From NCBI GenBank assembly GCA_048939245.1, contig JBHLPR010000003.1, positions 14,266 through 78,265 of the forward strand: 64,000 nt of DNA. Direction: 5' to 3'. This DNA is from Promethearchaeota archaeon (GTDB lineage: Archaea; Asgardarchaeota; Hermodarchaeia; Hermodarchaeales; Hermodarchaeaceae). Of this stretch, positions 47,517-57,804 are shown one piece after another (the stretch's first letter is position 1; the number at the start of each line of letters is the position of its first letter). The position numbers and the translations under genes are program-made. A model generated the notes under the pieces. The model was not told the DNA's origin and did not search any database. It worked only from the letters and a program-made list of their open reading frames with translations.

Positions 47517-49241
47517 TTATCGACGTAACTGATATTGGGTTTGATGATTGGCATACTGCATTTCTCGAGGAACATCCTCGCTTCCTGGAACAACAGGTAA
47601 TAGGCTTAATTGCCTTGTACGCCGCTCTTTGATGCTTGTAGGTAATTCTCCGCCTTTCGGATGCTCAAAGGGCAGCAAGAAACGGTAGTCTTTGCCTAAA
47701 ATTCCTGAAATTCGCGTAAGCATACGTTTTGATCGTCCCCCATGTTTATGCCGATAATAAGTTAGGTAAAGAAATCCACCGATGAGCTTTACCATTTGGC
47801 GGTTTATCCATGTATTCTTGATGTCACCAAGCCACGCATCGCGCCAGTGATGGAGGTTGTGATCCCAGCATTCAATGAATATTTCCCATTGTAACTCGGT
47901 TAAACGGCTAAGGTTCAAGGTCTTTTCTTGTCGCAATGCACAATCTTCAAGGGAGACGAAGAATAGGGGTACAAAGAACGTCTTATACCGTCGCATTCGA
48001 TGAATTAAATCGAGGGTCAGCAAGACATCCTCTTCTTTTTCTTTCGGCAAACCCGTAACCAAAGTGCACAAAGGCACCCAATTGGCATCATTGAGAATAC
48101 CGTACGCTTCACACACGATTTCGGGCCACTCACTCACATTATATGGTAAGGCTTTCCCACGCATGTGTTCTTGCATTAATCGTGGGCTACCCGTTTCCAC
48201 ACCCACTTCTACTGTGACCACAGGGTTGCCCTTGTACTGGTAACGACATTTATCACCGATTATCTCTGTAATTTGATGAACCATTTCAGGTTCTATTATG
48301 GCTGGAGCTAAAGAGGCATGCGCGGTTTGAATGTAATCAACGCCTGGCTCGTTAACGACCGCTTTATAAACTCCGAGGACAGCGTCACGATTAGGTAGGA
48401 ATCGTTCTTTGGAGCCGTATAAGAAGACATCATCGGTGTTTAATAGAATCATGTCAGCGCCACAGCTGATATTGGCGCGGACTTCTTGGAGAATTTTGTC
48501 GATTGAGAAATTGCGTCGATACTTCATTGTGGGTGAACAGAACTGGCATCCTCGACCACACCCTCTCGATATTTCAACTGCGCCATAAACTGCTCCCTTT
48601 TTGATAGGAACGATATCCTCATCGGCTGGTCGCTTCGCTCTTACTATGGGAGGTAATTTATCACCGCGAATGGCTTTTTCGAATAATTGGGCAGCAGTAC
48701 TCTCTGCTTCTCCCATTACAATGCAGTCGAGTCCGAATTTTTCACGGAGTTTCGGATTCTTCAGTTGCCAGGATCCAGCACCTCCCAGAATGCGAGGAAC
48801 CTTATAACGGTTAAGCGAGGAATTCTGAGATAGCCGCCAAAATTCTAATCCAGTAGCGGGCACATACCCAAGGCCGGTCAACGAAGTATACGTCACGCTA
48901 ACATAGGCCATCCCTAATGGATCCATACTTGATAAGCCAACTACTTTGGTTTTTGGACCCATCACATGGTTCAGTTGATTTGGATGAACAGTAATAACAT
49001 CCTCGTCATCGAAGCCATTCTCCAATAGAACCGCTTCGATTTTCCGTAGACCATAGGGGGCAAAAGGTGCTGAGTGATCAGTATTTGGTTTGTCTGGTTT
49101 ATACATACGTCTTAGTAGGAACTTAGGGAATAGTCGGCCAGGAAATCCACCTGCAAATGCCATGAATGGATCAGCATCCCATCCAGCCATTTCAGCCACT
49201 GATGCAGTTAGAACAACTTTCTTGCCACCGTTTTTTCCCAT
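47517..49241 (-). CDS. radical SAM enzyme with an N-terminal B12-binding-like domain
   Basis: EISRGCGRGCQFCS (CxxxCxxC) after an N-terminal Rossmann-like segment. 574 aa. Confidence 0.7.
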   Translation of the reverse strand: MGKNGGKKVVLTASVAEMAGWDADPFMAFAGGFPGRLFPKFLLRRMYKPDKPNTDHSAPFAPYGLRKIEAVLLENGFDDEDVITVHPNQLNHVMGPKTKVVGLSSMDPLGMAYVSVTYTSLTGLGYVPATGLEFWRLSQNSSLNRYKVPRILGGAGSWQLKNPKLREKFGLDCIVMGEAESTAAQLFEKAIRGDKLPPIVRAKRPADEDIVPIKKGAVYGAVEISRGCGRGCQFCSPTMKYRRNFSIDKILQEVRANISCGADMILLNTDDVFLYGSKERFLPNRDAVLGVYKAVVNEPGVDYIQTAHASLAPAIIEPEMVHQITEIIGDKCRYQYKGNPVVTVEVGVETGSPRLMQEHMRGKALPYNVSEWPEIVCEAYGILNDANWVPLCTLVTGLPKEKEEDVLLTLDLIHRMRRYKTFFVPLFFVSLEDCALRQEKTLNLSRLTELQWEIFIECWDHNLHHWRDAWLGDIKNTWINRQMVKLIGGFLYLTYYRHKHGGRSKRMLTRISGILGKDYRFLLPFEHPKGGELPTSIKERRTRQLSLLPVVPGSEDVPREMQYANHQTQYQLRR

Positions 49242-49400
49242 CGTATCATCTCATGGAAGCTATGAACACTATCTCAGCTGTTAATCATAAAATGGTGAGT
49301 TAGTTCTCGGCGATTTCAAGCTTATTATGTTTTTCGCCACTTTCTATGCTCCTTCCATCCTATCCTTATAAATGGCTCCTGAAAAGGTGTTTTTAGATTA

Positions 49401-50774
49401 TCATTGGGTTGCGGCGGTCATGGGCACATCTTTGACACGTACGAAAGGAATGATTGTTGGTGTTTCAACTTCCCACCATTGAACCTGTCGGGATGATTTG
49501 CCTAACGCTTCAATATTGGCATATATTCGTAGCAGATTATCTGAGATACGGAGCTTTTGAACCGGTTGGCTAATTTCACCCTTTTCGATTAGGAACATTC
49601 CGTCTCGTGGAATCGTTGAGAACGTGCCTTCGAGTTGATTTGTATATCGTAAGTACCAATTTGACGTCACATAAATCGTCGGTCTCTGAGGTTCTAATAG
49701 CTCTTCAAAGGAAGCATCACCTTCAGAAAAGACAACATTGGTTGGCGCTGGAACAAGCAGTTTTGAGCCCATTCCAAAGCTAACAAGTTGGCAATTACCG
49801 GTGCTCTTTGTCTGTAACATCTGGGCTGTTGATGCATTATGAACAACCCCTTGAAGCGTACCCTCCACAAAAATTGGCGATTTTTGCGTGGGAGTACCTT
49901 CAAAATCGAAAGGTGCACTCGCCAATCCATTAGGCAATCGTCCGTCATCCCATATGCTCACTGAATCGGGAGCTAATTTCTCTCCGATTTTGTCTTTCAA
50001 TGGGCTCATTCCGAGCATCATCAATATTGGATTAGCTGACTCTGCAAGGCTGCCTAACACTGATGCTGCCACCGTCGGATGCAAGATTAAGTCGTAAGTA
50101 CCAGCCTTTCCCTGCTTACCTCCCTGGGCAAGTTTCGCAATCTCGCCTGATTCCTGACCTGCTTGTGAAATCTGTTTTTCAATCTTATCCAAAGTCCGCC
50201 CTACTACAACTCCTTGCCCGGAACTTTCGGCATCGACAAAACTTCGCAACGTAATTCGATAAGACGATGTAAGATAATTTCCGCTAAAGCCTTGTGACGT
50301 CTCTAATAAATAGCGTTTTTCATCGAAGAAAAACGACCCAGCTATTCGCTTTGCACCAGCCTTTTGTGCGCGATGTACTGCCGCGGTCATTATATCAGGA
50401 GCTTTCGAAGGGAAATCACGAATTCCTTTATCATATAGTTGATCTACCTTCGTTGGCGGTTGAATTTCCTCCTGTAACCCTGAAAACATCGGCGTTGGCT
50501 GCAGACCTCGAACAAACTTAGTCAAACGCTTCAATTCAGCATCAAGTGTTTTCTTTTTCGGATTATAGATCTCTGTGGTTCCTATTCGCCCATCAATCGC
50601 AACAAACGCTTCTAGCACGGTATACTTCCACTGTTTGAAAATATCAATCTCAGAATTACTAACTCGAATCTGATGCTCCAATACTTCTCGGCCTTGAACG
50701 ACGGCTTCGCCTTCAGCTGAAGCAAACTTTAACGCCTGATTAACAATCTCTTGTAAATTCTCCTGCTTAGTCAT
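49401..50774 (-). CDS. pmbA: TldE/PmbA-family metallopeptidase partner
   Basis: PmbA-family fold. Listed ORF extends to 50903, but the probable start MTKQENLQ at about 50774 gives a 4-bp overlap with tldD. Confidence 0.7.
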   Translation of the reverse strand: MTKQENLQEIVNQALKFASAEGEAVVQGREVLEHQIRVSNSEIDIFKQWKYTVLEAFVAIDGRIGTTEIYNPKKKTLDAELKRLTKFVRGLQPTPMFSGLQEEIQPPTKVDQLYDKGIRDFPSKAPDIMTAAVHRAQKAGAKRIAGSFFFDEKRYLLETSQGFSGNYLTSSYRITLRSFVDAESSGQGVVVGRTLDKIEKQISQAGQESGEIAKLAQGGKQGKAGTYDLILHPTVAASVLGSLAESANPILMMLGMSPLKDKIGEKLAPDSVSIWDDGRLPNGLASAPFDFEGTPTQKSPIFVEGTLQGVVHNASTAQMLQTKSTGNCQLVSFGMGSKLLVPAPTNVVFSEGDASFEELLEPQRPTIYVTSNWYLRYTNQLEGTFSTIPRDGMFLIEKGEISQPVQKLRISDNLLRIYANIEALGKSSRQVQWWEVETPTIIPFVRVKDVPMTAATQ

Positions 50775-50776
50775 CT

Positions 50777-52213
50777 TTACACACCCCCTAAGCGAATTCC
50801 ACGCAATCTTACCGCATCCGGACCTGCTGTCCAAACCGGAACCCCCTGAGCTGGATCCGATTTCCCACAAATCGACTGCCAAGCTTCGAACCCTTTCGAA
50901 CACGCATCAATTGCCTCAAATAATGCACGAGAGGTAATCTCTAATGCTGGTCTCCGAACAAGCTTGTCGGTGAGCTTACCATCCTTTATCACTCGGGCAT
51001 ATGATCCCACATATTTCGACTGATACCGCCGATCATCGATATTCCACTCGGTGAAGCTGTACATGTATATGCCTGTTTTGACATCTTCGACGATTTCATC
51101 GAAGGTGTAGTCGCCTGGGGCGATGTAGGTGTTGGACATCCGGGGGATTGGTTCGCGGTTATAGTGTTCAGCTCGGGATGCCCCGTTTGATTGGGTGCCC
51201 GCGTGACCGGCTGATAGTCGGTCGTGAAGCATTTCATTGACGATGCCTTGTTTGATAAGGTAACGTGGGCGTGCTTTGACGCCTTCGTCATCGTAGAGGT
51301 AGAATCCGCCACTTTTCGGGAGCGTGGGGTCATCGATGACAGTCACTGCTGGGTTTCCAATTTGGGTTGTGCCCACCTCGATGTCCATCCAGAAGGATTC
51401 ACCGGCGTTCATTCCCTCGCGACCTTGAATTCGGTCAGCTTCGGAAGGATGTCCACAATTTTCATGAGCGATAATCCCGGCGACTTCGGGGCCAACGACG
51501 ACATCGATTGGTTTATCAAAAGTAATTTTTTCAGCTTTGTCCACAATTTCCTTCAGATCTTTTGCTTCTTGAATGAGAGTCTGGATGAAGTCAGGTGATT
51601 CAAGGAATTCCCAGCCAGCTGATTCACCGTGAGACAAATAACGCTGTTCGGTGCCTTTGGTTCCTTGAACTGTAAGAATTGAACCATATCGAACGAGACT
51701 GTGATCTGATTCTATTTGGGTTCCTTCATTATTGGCGAAATATTTCTTCTGCGTCTCTAAAGCTGCAACGATAACTCGATAGGGAAGGCTCTTTTCATCC
51801 AAAGTTTCTTTGAGTTTTTTGTCTGCTTCGAGTACACGATTCAGCTTATCTTCAGAAGCGATATCCGCGAATGGTGTTTTAACTGGAACTTTCCATCTAG
51901 TTTGGATGCTGGGTTCTTCCGAGAGAACCAAGGGCGTTTTTCGCTTGGATGATTTCGCGAGTCGAATGGCGGTATCTACTGCCCGTTCAATTTCACGCTT
52001 GTCCAGTTTGGGGATAGCGACAAACCCGATGCCACCGTTCGCTAGCGCACGGATTCCTATTCCCGCGGTCTCTGTCGTACCCGCTGCCAGAATATCACCA
52101 TTTCGCGTACTATACCCTTCTTCTACAAATTTTACGTAGCGGAGTTCAATGTATTTTGCGCCCTGAGCGCTGCCATACTCAACACCATGGTCTACCAAGT
52201 CATGAAATGTCAT
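50777..52213 (-). CDS. tldD: TldD-family zinc metallopeptidase
   Basis: GIIAHENCGHPSEADR HExxxH motif in the TldD context. 478 aa. Confidence 0.8.
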   Translation of the reverse strand: MTFHDLVDHGVEYGSAQGAKYIELRYVKFVEEGYSTRNGDILAAGTTETAGIGIRALANGGIGFVAIPKLDKREIERAVDTAIRLAKSSKRKTPLVLSEEPSIQTRWKVPVKTPFADIASEDKLNRVLEADKKLKETLDEKSLPYRVIVAALETQKKYFANNEGTQIESDHSLVRYGSILTVQGTKGTEQRYLSHGESAGWEFLESPDFIQTLIQEAKDLKEIVDKAEKITFDKPIDVVVGPEVAGIIAHENCGHPSEADRIQGREGMNAGESFWMDIEVGTTQIGNPAVTVIDDPTLPKSGGFYLYDDEGVKARPRYLIKQGIVNEMLHDRLSAGHAGTQSNGASRAEHYNREPIPRMSNTYIAPGDYTFDEIVEDVKTGIYMYSFTEWNIDDRRYQSKYVGSYARVIKDGKLTDKLVRRPALEITSRALFEAIDACSKGFEAWQSICGKSDPAQGVPVWTAGPDAVRLRGIRLGGV

Positions 52214-52305
52214 AAAATCGCGTTCAGTAGCGTTCTCTTTCCATAAAAGGCGTATTCATCTCCAACTTTATTGATGAAAAAATGAGAACACATTCTCATC
52301 GCAAT

Positions 52306-53379
52306 CTATTTTTCCCAGAAATATTTGCCTTTTTCATAGATGGTAAAATCGCCTGCGAGGATTTTTCCATCTTCTTTCATGCTTTTGATGATATCCACGT
52401 GTACCGCACTTTGATTCGTCCCTTTGCATTCGGGATATGCGTTGCCTAAGGCACAGTGAATGGTGTCCCCTATTTTTTCGTCGAACAGCATATTCAGGGT
52501 ATATTGCTGGATTCCGCGGTTTGTTCCGATTGCCATTTCTCCTAAGTATCGGGCTCCCTCATCAACGTTTAACAAGGCGTCTAAAGCCTCTTGTCCCTTT
52601 TCTGCGGAGTATTTGACAACTTGTCCCTTTTTAAATTCCAAGCGGACCCCTTGGATTTCCGTACCCGCATAAAGAAAGGGGATGTCGAAATAGATATGTC
52701 CTTCAACGGATTTTTCCAAGGGGCTAGTAAATACTTCTCCACTGGGCATGTTATGGGTGCCTTCTGATGCCACCCAAACCCGGTTCTTCGTGGAAGCCTT
52801 CAAATCGGTTTCTTTTCCAAGGAATTGGATTGTTTGGCTTTCCTGGAGCTTATCTCGGAGCTTCCGCATGAGTTTTGCTTCTTTCTCCCAATCCAGGAGG
52901 GTCGCCCCATAGACGAAATTCTGGTAATCCGTTAAACTCATTTTTGCTTCCTGAGCCAGCGCTTGATTGGGATGGATGGTCAAACACCAACGTTTTGTCA
53001 AGACTTCTTCGGAAATGGGCTTTGTGGTTTTTTGTCGGCGCATGAGCCGTTTCGGATCCAATCCAGCAAAGGCGCGTGTGTTCGAAGGGGATCGTAGCCG
53101 GATAAGTACATCTGAGGCCTTGATAGCTTCCATTTGGTGTTTGGGAAACAAATCTAAGGCTTCATCTGTTGCTGCATCCATATACCCCCGGCTGAGTTCC
53201 GATGAGTCCATAATCGTGAGAGTAGCTGCTCCTCGCTTTGCAATCTGTTTCACAACTTCAACTGCAAGTGGGTGTGCATCCAAATCAGAGATTATGTAGA
53301 CCATCTCGCCCGTTCGAACATTCGTTGAATACTCGATGAGAATCCGAGCATGTTCTTTAATTCGTGGGTCAGTCATCAT
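52306..53379 (-). CDS. M29-family aminopeptidase (AmpS/PepS-like)
   Basis: N-terminus MTDPRIKEHARILIEYSTNVRTGEMVYI and overall 357-aa architecture typical of M29. Confidence 0.7.
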   Translation of the reverse strand: MMTDPRIKEHARILIEYSTNVRTGEMVYIISDLDAHPLAVEVVKQIAKRGAATLTIMDSSELSRGYMDAATDEALDLFPKHQMEAIKASDVLIRLRSPSNTRAFAGLDPKRLMRRQKTTKPISEEVLTKRWCLTIHPNQALAQEAKMSLTDYQNFVYGATLLDWEKEAKLMRKLRDKLQESQTIQFLGKETDLKASTKNRVWVASEGTHNMPSGEVFTSPLEKSVEGHIYFDIPFLYAGTEIQGVRLEFKKGQVVKYSAEKGQEALDALLNVDEGARYLGEMAIGTNRGIQQYTLNMLFDEKIGDTIHCALGNAYPECKGTNQSAVHVDIIKSMKEDGKILAGDFTIYEKGKYFWEK

Positions 53380-53469
53380 AATGCACTTTTCTGTGGTGAT
53401 TCTCTAACTAGATTGGATATATAATATCAATCAAATCACTCAAAAATCGATTAGGATAAACCAGATTAT

Positions 53470-54801
53470 GTGCTTAGCATAAGCCTTTATAGGGCATCTT
53501 ACTCAAAACGAGGGAATAACCTGCTGAGATTAGGTGAATTAAGAGTGACACGTAAAGTTTGTATGATCGGTGGTGCAACCACACCTTTCGATTATCCTCT
53601 TCATTCTACGACTGAAAATGGAATCGCTGAATGCGTTCGAGAACTCCAAAGAGATCTCCCCCATTTTAGCCTACGTGATCTTGATCTGATGATTTACAGT
53701 CATTTCAGCGTTCACTTCGAAAAACAACTTTGCCCTGAGTGGATTGTTCATGATCATTTGGGTCTTGTTGGGCTTCCTCACTATAGGGTAGAAAACGGTG
53801 GAAACACTGGGGGTTCTGCCCTCTATGCTGCTTTCCTTGCGGTTCGATCAGGGGTTCACGACGTAGTTGGAATTGCGGGATGGGAATCAATGGATTCAGT
53901 TACACAGAGTCAGGGAGCTGAGTTCATTGCTATGGCTTCAGATACAAGATATGAACTTTTAGCCGGGGGTATTTACCCAATTTATTATGCCGCCATGGCT
54001 TACCTCTTCATGAAGCAACACAACATGACCGAAGAAGACTTTGCCTTGGTTGCTATGAAAAATCGTAATAATGCAATGGACAATCCAAAGTCTCAATGGT
54101 ATCGCAACGAACACATGTACGTTACTGTGGATGATATCATGAATTCTCGACTCATTTCATATCCCATCAAGAAGTATGACTGCTGTATGATGACCAAAGG
54201 TGGTGCATTCGCTGTCTTCTGTACAGAAGATTATGCTAAAAAAGTAGCTCCAGGACAGTACATTGAGGTTACTGGTGCGGGTTTAAGTAGCTGTACAATC
54301 CGTGCAGGTGATCGACTAGCCTTCCCAGGATGGACAGAACGGTACGGTCCTGGTTACCCGGATATGTCTGAATTTGGTGCGTGTCGGGCATCAGGTGAGA
54401 TGGCATATAAAATGGCAGGAGTCAAGAACCCATTGAAGGAAATTGACGTGGCTGAATTACACGACGCCTTCTCAACATCTGAAGTTCAAATTTACAAAGC
54501 TTTGAACTGGTGCACAAAAGAGAATGTAGGTGAATTTGTCAGGAATAAAGAAACTTTCATGGGTGGCTCTATTCCTAGTAACCCTGGTGGTGGTTTGATG
54601 GGCTTTGGACATCCTGTTGGTGCTACCGGCATAATGTCTGCTGTTGAATGTTATTACCAGCTTGCAGGTATGGCGAAAACGAAGCATTTGAGTAAAAAAA
54701 CCCAGGTTCCAAGTGCTCAAAGGGGACTAGTCAATAGTCATGCTGGGACAGGGACAAGTATCTCGAACTTTATTTTTGAAGTACCCTCAGGAGGTCGATA
54801 G
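53470..54801 (+). CDS. thiolase-superfamily protein (SCP-x/archaeal-type), partner of DUF35; canonical N-terminal Cys nucleophile not evident
   Basis: C-terminal thiolase signature NPGGGLMGFGHPVGATG. Probable start MIGGATTPF (about 53563). Region where the nucleophile Cys is expected reads VENGGNTGGSALYAAFLAVRSGVHDVVGIAGWESM. Confidence 0.6.
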   Translation: MLSISLYRASYSKRGNNLLRLGELRVTRKVCMIGGATTPFDYPLHSTTENGIAECVRELQRDLPHFSLRDLDLMIYSHFSVHFEKQLCPEWIVHDHLGLVGLPHYRVENGGNTGGSALYAAFLAVRSGVHDVVGIAGWESMDSVTQSQGAEFIAMASDTRYELLAGGIYPIYYAAMAYLFMKQHNMTEEDFALVAMKNRNNAMDNPKSQWYRNEHMYVTVDDIMNSRLISYPIKKYDCCMMTKGGAFAVFCTEDYAKKVAPGQYIEVTGAGLSSCTIRAGDRLAFPGWTERYGPGYPDMSEFGACRASGEMAYKMAGVKNPLKEIDVAELHDAFSTSEVQIYKALNWCTKENVGEFVRNKETFMGGSIPSNPGGGLMGFGHPVGATGIMSAVECYYQLAGMAKTKHLSKKTQVPSAQRGLVNSHAGTGTSISNFIFEVPSGGR

Positions 54802-54804
54802 CAA

Positions 54805-55449
54805 ATGGATGATTTTCGTGGTGATAAAGACTCCACACTGGTTAATCGAAAAATAGTCCGTCCTCCAGATACAAAGGAAGTCGGCTTTCAATTTGTCGAT
54901 TATGCATATACCAAAGATAAGGAACTCTTTGTTCAACACCTGCATTACGATCAGCTATACGCAATTCGCTATGGAGATCTTTCTCCATATGCTAAAGGGC
55001 TCGTTGAAGGAAAACTCATGGGCACACGTTGTCCAAAATGTGGAGACAAGTTCTTTCCCGCTCGAGTCCATTGTTGGAATCTCGATTGTAATTTAGAACC
55101 CACCGAGTGGATTGAGTTAAAGCCTGAAGGGCGTGTACACACCTACACGCAAGCAGGTTGGGCTGCAAAATCTGTGCTCAAAAAACTCCCATTCATTTTA
55201 GCGTATGTAGTTGTTGATAATTGTAAAACTGCCATCGCTAATGATCTCAAAGGTCTCAAGCCATGGGATGCGGAATTCGGCATGCCTGTCATAGTGAAGT
55301 TCAAACCCAAAGTAGAACGTGTTGGTAGCATCACCGATTTTTGGTTTGAACCTGCACCAGACTGGAAGCCTTCTCCTATGAATGCTGAGAAAGAGCGCAT
55401 CAAACAACTATGTGAGCCAGTTTATAAATGGGTGAAAACCCTCAAGTAG
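54805..55449 (+). CDS. DUF35 zinc-ribbon/OB-fold protein (thiolase-associated scaffold)
   Basis: CPKCGDKFFPARVHC...C rubredoxin-like ribbon followed by an OB-fold region. Starts 4 bp after the thiolase-like gene. Confidence 0.7.
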   Translation: MDDFRGDKDSTLVNRKIVRPPDTKEVGFQFVDYAYTKDKELFVQHLHYDQLYAIRYGDLSPYAKGLVEGKLMGTRCPKCGDKFFPARVHCWNLDCNLEPTEWIELKPEGRVHTYTQAGWAAKSVLKKLPFILAYVVVDNCKTAIANDLKGLKPWDAEFGMPVIVKFKPKVERVGSITDFWFEPAPDWKPSPMNAEKERIKQLCEPVYKWVKTLK

Positions 55450-55565
55450 CTTATGGGTTTCATTTCCATTTTTTGAAAATGTGTTCAACCCTGTAAAGTC
55501 ATCTAAATTCAAATTGGCTTAACTCTGCATTCGGAAAATATAATGGTAATTGATAATTGCACCTA

Positions 55566-55856
55566 TTAGCGGGCACAGCTTGGTTTCTGATAAGTGAGGC
55601 GATATCGCACCTGAAAAGTCACGTCATCTTCTGCTTCAAAATCAACGACTGCAAGACTAATCGGTGATCGGTTATCCAGTTCGAAAATTAGGTCCTCAAA
55701 ATAATCGAGCACACCACATGTGCGACAAAAGGAGCCGGTGAATCGGACAAAGACCTCGTTATTATCAAAGCCGATGAACTCGGCAAAAGCTTCTGGGCTG
55801 CGGAGCCGGTTGAAACTAGCAATGGCACGAGCAATAGCATCCGGTGGTGCAGTCAT
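55566..55856 (-). CDS. hypothetical small protein (96 aa)
   Basis: ORF only. Acidic C-half. Confidence 0.3.
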   Translation of the reverse strand: MTAPPDAIARAIASFNRLRSPEAFAEFIGFDNNEVFVRFTGSFCRTCGVLDYFEDLIFELDNRSPISLAVVDFEAEDDVTFQVRYRLTYQKPSCAR

Positions 55857-55922
55857 AGATTACATCTTTCTCCAGTTCTGGTTTTGAGGTCTTCGGTTTT
55901 ACCAATTTTAGAAAAAAATCAC

Positions 55923-56843
55923 TTACTGGCTCTCTGGAAAAAGACTTCGAGAAAACCCCTGCGCCATAATCTGGATGAATAGGGGGCGCGCATTAGGAGG
56001 GAAGACTTCTAGTTGTTGGAGAAATCGTTCACGAATGGCTGCAATAATCGACGCTTGTGAGGGTTCATCTTGCCATGCCTGTTCAACGGTCTCTTTCCAC
56101 GAATCTAAGGTGGTGAGTGCTCGACTAAAAATCACAGGAATATCAGACCCCGTGACTGCACCGAAATGGGAGAATACGAGAAACGCAGGATCATACTCTC
56201 GCAGTTTTTCAATGGAAGCCTTATATGTGTCGAACCTAAAACTGGGTGGAAACGAGGTTGGAATCACTGTAAAATTCTCCGGACCCAACAATCCCATAGC
56301 ATCACCCGTATATATAGTCCGAGAACTGGTTTCGAAATACGCCAGATGGTCAGAGGTATGACCTGGTGTACCAATGATTTCTAAATCAATGTTATTGCCT
56401 AGCTCTATTCGGTCTCCATCAACGACCTCCCAAATGGGAACTGTGTCAGGAAGGGCATGTATGTCTTGTGCATATGCTCCAAACAATTGGCGGGCGCCTT
56501 GATTTAACCGACTGGGTTCTCGAAGTGTTGCTATTGTATACTTGTGTCCAACTACCGTCGGATTTGGCAACTTCGATGCTAGTGGTGTAGAACCACCACA
56601 ATGATCACCATGCCGGTGGGTCACGCAAATAAAGCGTACGTTATCAAACGCAATTGACCGTGTCTTCAAAGCTTCGAGAATTTGTTCACCACACCTATGA
56701 TGTCCGGTTTCAATAATCGCTGTCTCCCGCCCTCGAATAATGAGGCTGGTGGTGGTGTGCTTAAAATCCCATCCCTGAATATCTATCATATCGATTGAAT
56801 CCGTTAAGGATTGGGGTTGCATGATAAATGGCATAGCATTCAC
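55923..56843 (-). CDS. metallo-beta-lactamase-fold hydrolase
   Basis: ICVTHRHGDHCGG (HxHxDH). Confidence 0.7.
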   Translation of the reverse strand: MNAMPFIMQPQSLTDSIDMIDIQGWDFKHTTTSLIIRGRETAIIETGHHRCGEQILEALKTRSIAFDNVRFICVTHRHGDHCGGSTPLASKLPNPTVVGHKYTIATLREPSRLNQGARQLFGAYAQDIHALPDTVPIWEVVDGDRIELGNNIDLEIIGTPGHTSDHLAYFETSSRTIYTGDAMGLLGPENFTVIPTSFPPSFRFDTYKASIEKLREYDPAFLVFSHFGAVTGSDIPVIFSRALTTLDSWKETVEQAWQDEPSQASIIAAIRERFLQQLEVFPPNARPLFIQIMAQGFSRSLFPESQ

Positions 56844-56934
56844 ATTCGTTCAGGAATTGTCAAGCAACCTTGAAGCTAGAAAGGCTTTTTGCTTTTCGCA
56901 TCCCTGAAACACCATAATCCTTCCTATCATTGAA

Positions 56935-57636
56935 TTGAGGGAAATACTCGTGGAAAATGCCCCACAGCGAATCACACGCCACACCTACTGTATCGGTGGT
57001 CCCAATATCACAGACCCCGATGATTGTTACATATATCTTGCCGATTTAGAAAATCACCTTGTATTGATTGATGCAGGTATAGGTCGAAGCACCGACCGCC
57101 TCCTTGCTAATATGAACAAACTGGGTATAGACCCAGCGAAACTCGAACTCCTCATTCTCACCCATGAACATGTCGACCATATTGGAGGCGCTATCCCCCT
57201 CCATTCACGCTTAAAATTCAAGATAGCAGCACACGAAAAAGCAATTTCCACCATCAGTCAAGGAGACCCAATTGCCACGGCTGCCAACGCCTATCGAGTT
57301 GATGTTCAACCAACACCCATCGATGTGATTCTTGACAAGGATGCAGGGGTAGTTCCAATTGGAAAAAAACAACTCCATTATCTTCACACACCCGGACACA
57401 CACCAGGAAGCATCGTGTTATATTTCACTGATGGGAACCGCCGAGTGCTCTTCGGGCAGGACCTCCATGGTCCCTTCAATTCCTCTTGGGGAAGTGATAT
57501 TTCTCAATGGCGAACTTCCATGAAGTTAGTTCTTGCTTTGGAAGCTGATATCCTCTGTGAAGGGCACTATGGCGTATACCATGGAAAATCAGCAGTCCGA
57601 CAATTTATCCTTGGGCTGCTAGCACAAACCTCCTAA
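56935..57636 (+). CDS. metallo-beta-lactamase-fold hydrolase
   Basis: LILTHEHVDHIGG, TPGHTPG. Confidence 0.7.
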   Translation: MREILVENAPQRITRHTYCIGGPNITDPDDCYIYLADLENHLVLIDAGIGRSTDRLLANMNKLGIDPAKLELLILTHEHVDHIGGAIPLHSRLKFKIAAHEKAISTISQGDPIATAANAYRVDVQPTPIDVILDKDAGVVPIGKKQLHYLHTPGHTPGSIVLYFTDGNRRVLFGQDLHGPFNSSWGSDISQWRTSMKLVLALEADILCEGHYGVYHGKSAVRQFILGLLAQTS

Positions 57637-57804
57637 TCCAAAGGTGTACAAATATCATTGGTCTTTCTCATTCAGGCTGTCCACTTCAATCCGCTCCGTG
57701 AAGTTGATAAGCACTACCGGCTTCATTTCTGATGGGTGTAATTTTCAACCGTTTCGCCTTTGTATCCACACTGCTAGTACGAATCGAGTGTAGAAAGCAC
57801 TAAC

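Noticed and set aside
49401-50903. Long N-terminal extension of the PmbA-like ORF overlapping tldD by 127 bp
   Set aside because: The internal Met (MTKQENLQ) gives the usual 4-bp tldD/pmbA overlap. The upstream extension is Gly/Ser-rich and read in another frame of tldD.
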